Position numbers and translations under genes: made by a program
IMG/VR virus record: IMGVR_UViG_3300034157_000065
Span: 64,001 to 128,000 of that record
Reading direction: 5' to 3' (one strand)
Length of the DNA: 64,000 bases
Source of the DNA: a virus
Lineage: Duplodnaviria; Caudoviricetes
In this document: positions 58,391 through 64,000 of the stretch, in pieces
Numbering within the stretch: position 1 is the stretch's first letter
Layout: every line of letters starts with the position of its first letter
The notes under the pieces: model-generated
Databases searched by the model: none
What the model was told of the DNA's origin: nothing
The model's input: the letters and a program-made list of their open reading frames with translations, nothing else

Positions 58391-59092
58391 ATGTATTACA
58401 TTAATGAATACTTTGGCCCCACCTTTGTTGTAAAACAATTGCCAACACGTATGAAAATTACGGTGACTGAAAAAGTTTATGAAACTTGTGGCAATAAATT
58501 GTGTAAAGCTTATGGTGATAGAGGCTTCTTTGATTCATTTTGTCCGCATTGTGGTTCTCGTTGCAGCACGTTTAACATTGAGAAAAAGCGTAACGTATTC
58601 GTGAGTGATGTCAGTAAAGAAATGGATGATATTCTTATTTACCCCTTTAATGATATTCCAGAAGGTGATTTAATTTTTATTCCAAAGTTTTCGAATGAAG
58701 GTTGGTTGACCCCTCTTATCAAGCAACATATTATTTTCAAATACCTTGTTAGAAAATGTCAGAATCAAGATTGTAATAATTTAGATTATGATATTAAATT
58801 CGATCATGTTTATTGTTCTGGATGTGGCGTCAAAGCTGAATGTCAGGTAGATGAAAAATACGATTCTAATTTTACTAAGGACACCGCAAAACTATTAAAC
58901 ACCTACTCAGATAAAAATGCTCTCAAATCATTTGAACGTCCATTTGATGTAAATAAAGAAGTAGATGAAAATTTAACAGCCTTTAAAGATACAAAGGAAG
59001 CCAAAGAGATTGTTGAGTTACTTGATTCTATTTACGGTGATGGTTCAACAAGTATTCAAAATAGACAAGTTAACTTTTTTGAGAATGATTAA
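58391..59092 (+). CDS. double zinc-ribbon protein
   Basis: CGNKLC...CPHC and CQNQDC...CSGC. Confidence 0.75.
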   Translation: MYYINEYFGPTFVVKQLPTRMKITVTEKVYETCGNKLCKAYGDRGFFDSFCPHCGSRCSTFNIEKKRNVFVSDVSKEMDDILIYPFNDIPEGDLIFIPKFSNEGWLTPLIKQHIIFKYLVRKCQNQDCNNLDYDIKFDHVYCSGCGVKAECQVDEKYDSNFTKDTAKLLNTYSDKNALKSFERPFDVNKEVDENLTAFKDTKEAKEIVELLDSIYGDGSTSIQNRQVNFFEND

Positions 59093-59157
59093 TTAAATCA
59101 TTAACTTGACACCTTATTACATTAATGTATAATTATGTTAATTTTAAGGTATTTATA

Positions 59158-59805
59158 ATGTTAAAAGGAATAAATCAATTACATGGTAAGACAATAGAGG
59201 ACATGATTAAGAGTGCTTTTCAAGGCTCTGCTGATTGTTCTAGATCTTTGTCTTCACGATTTGATATAGAAGCTATATTTGATAAAGAACGGCATTTAAG
59301 CACATCAATTAAAACTTCTAAAAAAGGTAATATAGAATTAGCTGATGCTAGAAGATTTTTTGAGAATACCAATGAATTTAGATTACTTATTTGTAGATAT
59401 GAACAAAAAGGATTGAAAAAGATCTTTAATGAAATACATGAAGTGTTTATTGATAAAAAGATTTTAGATTACCTCAAAGGTCAAATGCCTTATGAAGTTG
59501 TTGTTGATTTTCATGAGAAGTTAAAATCATTCCCAGTCGGAAAACATGTTGAGGCAAGAATTTTTGCAAAAGAACATAAAGAGGTCTTGCAAAACACCTA
59601 TTCAAGTAATATCATATTAAATCCAAAGATTGATAGCGAAAGACAGAGAAGGCTACAATGTAGTATGAATATTAATCATTTGTACAGTGCATTTCCTGAT
59701 TGCTATACCGTTCATAAAGATAATTACAAAGTTTTATGTTTACCCCTATCAATTTTTAGTGAATCAAGAAAATTTAAAAAAACAGGAAATGATAATGAAT
59801 TTTGA
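59158..59805 (+). CDS. putative PD-(D/E)xK restriction endonuclease
   Basis: HG..IED...FDI...SIKT; overlaps downstream methyltransferase. Confidence 0.55.
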   Translation: MLKGINQLHGKTIEDMIKSAFQGSADCSRSLSSRFDIEAIFDKERHLSTSIKTSKKGNIELADARRFFENTNEFRLLICRYEQKGLKKIFNEIHEVFIDKKILDYLKGQMPYEVVVDFHEKLKSFPVGKHVEARIFAKEHKEVLQNTYSSNIILNPKIDSERQRRLQCSMNINHLYSAFPDCYTVHKDNYKVLCLPLSIFSESRKFKKTGNDNEF

Positions 59806-60796
59806 AAGAGAATTAGATCAATTTTACACCAATAAAGATATTGCTTTACAATGTTACGAACTATTGAAAGGCTTATTGAAAGAACATAATATTAAACCCA
59901 GCACATGGCTTGAACCATCAGCAGGTGCTGGTGCATTTTTTTCTATTATTAAAGAAGAAAAACTAGGTATTGACATTGATCCTAAAATTGAAAATGTTAT
60001 CAAATCTGATTTTCTTGAATACGACCTTCAAAATGAAGAATACATTACTATCGGTAATCCACCTTTTGGAAAGAACTCTAGTCTCGCTATTAAATTCTTT
60101 AATAAATGTGCTCTGGCATCACAAGTTGTCGCCTTTATTGTTCCTAAAACTTTTAAGAAAGATAGTGTTCAAAATAAATTAGATAAAAACATGCACCTTG
60201 TTTTTGAATGGGATGTACCTGTAAACTCTTTCAACATCAAAAAAGAAGTTGTGGATGTTCCTTGTGTTTTCCAAGTATGGGTAAAAAAACCTGAATTACG
60301 TGAAAAACATGAAAAAGCTATTGTTTCAGTAGATTTTACATTTACAGATCGTCATTCTGCTGATTTTGCTTTTCAACGTGTTGGTGCGAAAGCTGGTGCG
60401 ATTAAAGATCCAAAAGTGTTTGCAGATATTGCTGATGCCTCACACATATTCATCGCAGCCGCTCAACCAGAAGTTGCTAAAATTTTGAAAGTCATTGACT
60501 GGTCTGATGTTAAGTTTAATACCGCAGGAAACCCTAGTATTTCAAAAACTGAGCTTATTCATGTTTACTCACACTATAAGTCTAGTCTCATTGAAATTGT
60601 AGGTGATTACTTGTTGTTTGATTTTGATGGTGTTACTACTATTGTGTTCTCAGTTAATTCAAATATTTTCAATATCAGAGTTGGCAATAATGAAGTGACA
60701 TTTAATGATGCTATCCATAAGATGAAAGTAGGCAATGTTGATTTTAATTTGGGAAAAAATGATTACAATGCAATCAAGAAAATTTTGTCAGAATAA
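59795..60796 (+). CDS. amino (N6-adenine-type) DNA methyltransferase, gamma-class motif order
   Basis: DQFYT motif X, LEPSAGAGAF motif I, IGNPPFG motif IV. Confidence 0.9.
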   Translation: MNFERELDQFYTNKDIALQCYELLKGLLKEHNIKPSTWLEPSAGAGAFFSIIKEEKLGIDIDPKIENVIKSDFLEYDLQNEEYITIGNPPFGKNSSLAIKFFNKCALASQVVAFIVPKTFKKDSVQNKLDKNMHLVFEWDVPVNSFNIKKEVVDVPCVFQVWVKKPELREKHEKAIVSVDFTFTDRHSADFAFQRVGAKAGAIKDPKVFADIADASHIFIAAAQPEVAKILKVIDWSDVKFNTAGNPSISKTELIHVYSHYKSSLIEIVGDYLLFDFDGVTTIVFSVNSNIFNIRVGNNEVTFNDAIHKMKVGNVDFNLGKNDYNAIKKILSE

Positions 60797-60883
60797 TAGA
60801 AAAAATGTTTGCTTTTTGATAAAAGGTTTGATAGAATATCTACATTGAATAAGCAAAGCGACACGCTATCAATGTTGTAAAAT

Positions 60884-60957
60884 GGCTGATTGGCAGAATG
60901 GTCATGTACCGGATTGCAAATCCGAGTATGGGGGTTCGATTCCCTCATCAGCCTCCA
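60884..60957 (+). tRNA. tRNA-Cys(GCA)
   Basis: GGCTGAT/ATCAGCC acceptor, CGGA-TTGCAAA-TCCG anticodon arm, GGTTCGATT, U73-CCA. Confidence 0.95.
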
Positions 60958-61012
60958 ACTTTAAAACTAAAAAAAGACATCTTATGATGTCTTTTTTATT
61001 GCCTTCAATTTG

Positions 61013-61540
61013 TCACTTGTTTTCAATTTCTTCTGGTGTTTCTAATTCCATTGTTACTTTTTCATCGCTACTTTTAAGATCAATAGTCTTTACTGTATAT
61101 TCTGGCTTATTTATTTCTTCGTAAAGATAGTAAGCAATTCCACCACTCAAACCACCTTTCCTTTCAATATCAGATTCAATGAGGTGTTTGGCTTTTTCGA
61201 TGGCTGGATGACTAAGGTCGCCAAACAAGTCAGTGAGCTTTCCCTTGTAAATCATGTTATCAAATGTAATGGCTTTCATATTTTTAAAATCATAAATGAC
61301 CATAATGATTAGGATCAAGGGCACGGTAACTGCAGCATAAATTCCCATTAAATAAATATACCAATGTGGAATTAAAAATAACGGGAGTATCAACGCTGTC
61401 ATCATTACTATGAGTGGAGCGATTAAAAACATCGTTACCTTGAAGTATTTTGAATTTCTTTTCTTGTCATATTCTTCTGGATTTCTTTTAAAATATTCGA
61501 AATTTTTTATAAAATCTTTTTTTGCTAATTTCTCTTTCAT
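61013..61540 (-). CDS. 2-TM membrane protein
   Basis: two TMs, GGAAGG RBS. Confidence 0.75.
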   Translation of the reverse strand: MKEKLAKKDFIKNFEYFKRNPEEYDKKRNSKYFKVTMFLIAPLIVMMTALILPLFLIPHWYIYLMGIYAAVTVPLILIIMVIYDFKNMKAITFDNMIYKGKLTDLFGDLSHPAIEKAKHLIESDIERKGGLSGGIAYYLYEEINKPEYTVKTIDLKSSDEKVTMELETPEEIENK

Positions 61541-61668
61541 AGTATTTAACCTTCCTTTAATTTATCCTATTACCTTATGATTAAAATGTCAATCAACTAT
61601 CCATTTGCATATAGTTTTGTATATCGTATACTCTTTATGAATTGTTTTTATAATATACGGAGATTATC

Positions 61669-62220
61669 ATGATCACAAAAACAACAACCACTGAGATGGT
61701 TAATACACCTTTTTCATTATCTTCCTTGAATTCATTAGAAAAAGAATTAACAATTTATGACAAACATTTAAAGAAAATTAAAAATATATCCCTTTTATTT
61801 TTTATCGTTATTACTTATTTTGGATTAGATTACTTGTGGACATCTGAATTTGTAACTAATTATTATCTACGTGGTCGCACCATGCCTACTGAGACTGTTC
61901 ATTCTATGTTGGTTGATTATAGAATCGGAAAAACAAAGACAAGTTTTTCTCTTATTTATTTATTCTTTACAGTCGGCATTTCATTTCTTTTTGCCATTGG
62001 GTTACACAAATTATTTGTCAAACACGTTGATCTTTACATTGATGATAATTCCATTATGTTAAACAAAAAAGATCTTCAACCGGCCAAAAAAATCGATCAA
62101 AAAATCATTATGCAAAATACTGATATCTCTACGATGTATCAAAACATCTTAAATCAAGGACGTGATGTTAGAAAATTTGAGTATGATTTAATGAAAAAAC
62201 TGGCTAGAAAAAGAAATTGA
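61669..62220 (+). CDS. 2-TM membrane protein
   Basis: GGAG RBS, two TMs. Confidence 0.75.
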   Translation: MITKTTTTEMVNTPFSLSSLNSLEKELTIYDKHLKKIKNISLLFFIVITYFGLDYLWTSEFVTNYYLRGRTMPTETVHSMLVDYRIGKTKTSFSLIYLFFTVGISFLFAIGLHKLFVKHVDLYIDDNSIMLNKKDLQPAKKIDQKIIMQNTDISTMYQNILNQGRDVRKFEYDLMKKLARKRN

Positions 62221-62281
62221 TTGTTATCACAGCTTGTACGTGTTAAAATAGGGCATTGCATAAGCTTATTAGGTGAAAACA

Positions 62282-62431
62282 GTGCCCAAAATTTCTATCG
62301 AACAGATTCGCTCTGCCAACCAAAAACTCATCGCAGGTAAGGCTTGCGATGTTAAACCCTATTCAGATAAGCTTTCCAAACACGACATCAATGAGATGTT
62401 AAAGAAAGCTTTCTACTCAATCTCTCACTAA
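62282..62431 (+). CDS. small protein (49 aa, not in ORF track)
   Basis: AGGTG RBS, GTG start, MPKISIEQIRS... Confidence 0.55.
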   Translation: MPKISIEQIRSANQKLIAGKACDVKPYSDKLSKHDINEMLKKAFYSISH

Positions 62432-62443
62432 GTGGAGGTCACT

Positions 62444-62770
62444 ATGACCAAGCAAAAAGTTTTCGAATCTATTTTTAATGCCGAAGGTAATTTCGTGGTT
62501 CTTGGTTATGACCCTCATTATTGCCAAGTGGACAATCCAGCTCAGATGGCACTTCATCACATTCTTTTTGATGCTGACGGTAATCTCAATGAAGAACTGG
62601 ATGGCAACCTGACTGATGATATTCAAGACCTTGGCGAATATATTGAAGAACAGTCCAAAAACAACCCATCATTTGGTCCATTGTGTGATGCTGTTCATCT
62701 TTACTTTGCTGAGATGGCTTCCAGTGCTACCAACCAACAATATTCAGTGGCAAGTCTCTTTAAGCGTTAA
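62444..62770 (+). CDS. hypothetical protein (paralogue of 18252)
   Basis: GGAGG RBS; ILFDADGNL, LCDAVHLY. Confidence 0.8.
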   Translation: MTKQKVFESIFNAEGNFVVLGYDPHYCQVDNPAQMALHHILFDADGNLNEELDGNLTDDIQDLGEYIEEQSKNNPSFGPLCDAVHLYFAEMASSATNQQYSVASLFKR

Positions 62771-62849
62771 CACTTATAGATCTCTTTATTTTTCAAGGCA
62801 TCTCGTGATGTCTTGATTAGCCATTAGAATTAAACCGCATGAGGATGAA

Positions 62850-63788
62850 TTGATGAAAGAAGCCTATTTCGAACAATTTGGTAAAATATTCTGTGATGAT
62901 CATGAAAATTTTATTCAACATTTAAAAGATACAAAATTTTATAAAGAAATTAAAAGCAAGAAATACAATAATAAGGATTTGAAATCTTATATTTCTAATA
63001 AAGAATATAATGGTGTCTCCTATATTATTCAATTGAGAAATACACCGTTCTCCAGTCCATTGACTATTTATTCAGGTAAATCTGATTATTTTACGTCTAA
63101 AAGTGAAGGTGGATCTACTCTTAGTCGATTGTTTTCTATTGATATGCGAGTTATTGATATTTCCAAAAATTTTGGGGTTATAGATGCGTTTAAAAAATTA
63201 GGGATTGAAGAATCACATGAAGTCCCCAATGTGCTTTCAGTCAGTGATATGGATGGCATGAAACAATTTTTTATTGATGCTAACTATGAGTTAGGTGTCA
63301 ATAATTTCGATAAACTCATTGAAGATTACAGTGAATATGATGACGAATTTCTGAGTAAGCTCAGTTTCATTTGTGATATGTATAGCCATAAAAAGTTTAG
63401 TAAAAAAATGATGTTAAATGACAGCTATCATTATATCAAATGTGATGTTGCAGATAAGGAAGTGTTTTCTTATTCCAATGATGCTTCGGATGACTACTTC
63501 TTTATTTTTGAACGAGACATCAATACAAAAAATATTCGTGTCTTCTTTGATTTCATGAGTAATGTTGATAAAGCAAAATTTAAGTTTTCAACCTGTGTGG
63601 TAGGCAATCATCCAAAAATTGTTCATGATTATTTGGAAAATAAAACACCTTGCTTTATTTCCACAGATGGCAATACAAAAGTTATTAAAAACACTCAAAC
63701 TTACCTGCTTGATGATATGGAATACATTGCTGCTAACTTAGCTGAACGCTTAAAAGTGAAATTACCATCTGAGTTCTCTATTTTTTGA
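62850..63788 (+). CDS. hypothetical protein
   Basis: 312 aa, GAGGA RBS. Confidence 0.8.
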   Translation: MMKEAYFEQFGKIFCDDHENFIQHLKDTKFYKEIKSKKYNNKDLKSYISNKEYNGVSYIIQLRNTPFSSPLTIYSGKSDYFTSKSEGGSTLSRLFSIDMRVIDISKNFGVIDAFKKLGIEESHEVPNVLSVSDMDGMKQFFIDANYELGVNNFDKLIEDYSEYDDEFLSKLSFICDMYSHKKFSKKMMLNDSYHYIKCDVADKEVFSYSNDASDDYFFIFERDINTKNIRVFFDFMSNVDKAKFKFSTCVVGNHPKIVHDYLENKTPCFISTDGNTKVIKNTQTYLLDDMEYIAANLAERLKVKLPSEFSIF

Positions 63789-63819
63789 TGTCTACTTGAA
63801 AAAAAGATTAAAAAAGGTC

Positions 63820-64000
63820 TTGAATAAGGCTGAAAGGTTTGCTAGAATGGCTACATTGAATGAGACGACAGCTTCAAAGTCACTCAGGATTGTAACGCGG
63901 GTGTGTGAGTATAATAGGAGAGTTGGCCTTCCGTCCTTTGAAATATAAGGTTGCTCTACCGTTAAGGCGTGAGTGCCTTGCTACATCGGTAACGTAGGTT
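63820..64000 (+). ncRNA. promoter plus start of a probable stable RNA transcript (truncated by window edge)
   Basis: TTGAAT-17-TAGAAT, leader shared with tRNA-Cys locus, GC-richer hairpins, no ORF. Confidence 0.4.

Noticed and set aside
59066-59092. QVNFF near the C-terminus of the double zinc-ribbon protein as a clamp motif
   Set aside because: Weak match to QL[SD]LF, with no paralogue support.
1-64000. Genome-wide TAG reassignment (code 15) suggested by the CUA tRNA
   Set aside because: Genes are unfragmented under code 11, and TAG ends fall at natural termini (26179, 38661 and 50789 at the conserved tag; 41820 matches its TAA-ending paralogue). Recoding elsewhere in the genome is not excluded.
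1-64000. CRISPR array, IS/transposase, integrase, rRNA, virion genes
   Set aside because: No regularly spaced direct repeats or recognisable motifs were seen.

Overview
Strongly AT-rich, very gene-dense window with about 115 short ORFs, nearly all on the + strand. It is organised as small transcription units with near-consensus sigma70 promoters (often TG-n-TATAAT), GGAG/GAGG ribosome-binding sites and cUUCGg-capped intrinsic terminators. It has no housekeeping, virion or core replication genes. The content (T4 Rnl1-type ligase, DRB0094-type ligase, RegB-like endoribonuclease, KTSC protein, tRNA-Leu, tRNA-Cys, GNATs, deaminase, metallophosphoesterase, signal peptidase I, R-M-like pair) best fits the early/accessory region of a jumbo phage of a Gram-negative host; a phage-plasmid or megaplasmid cannot be excluded. 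Main unexplained signals: (1) 13 dispersed ~200-270 aa proteins from several apparently unrelated families, soluble and membrane, all end in the tag [LVI]-x-[DEKR]-M-x-x-[IYV]-COOH, which suggests a library of diverse clients sharing one docking or targeting signal; (2) independently transcribed non-canonical RNAs: a 69-nt short-D-arm tRNA with an amber (CUA) anticodon and G3.U70, a 96-nt tRNA/tmRNA-domain mimic, and a ~300-nt structured antisense RNA; (3) two 4-TM membrane proteins with a C-terminal beta-clamp-type motif QL[DE]LF; (4) a large secreted-protein set, including three mini-secretin-like paralogues, plus a private signal peptidase. All calls come from reading motifs by eye; no searches were run.
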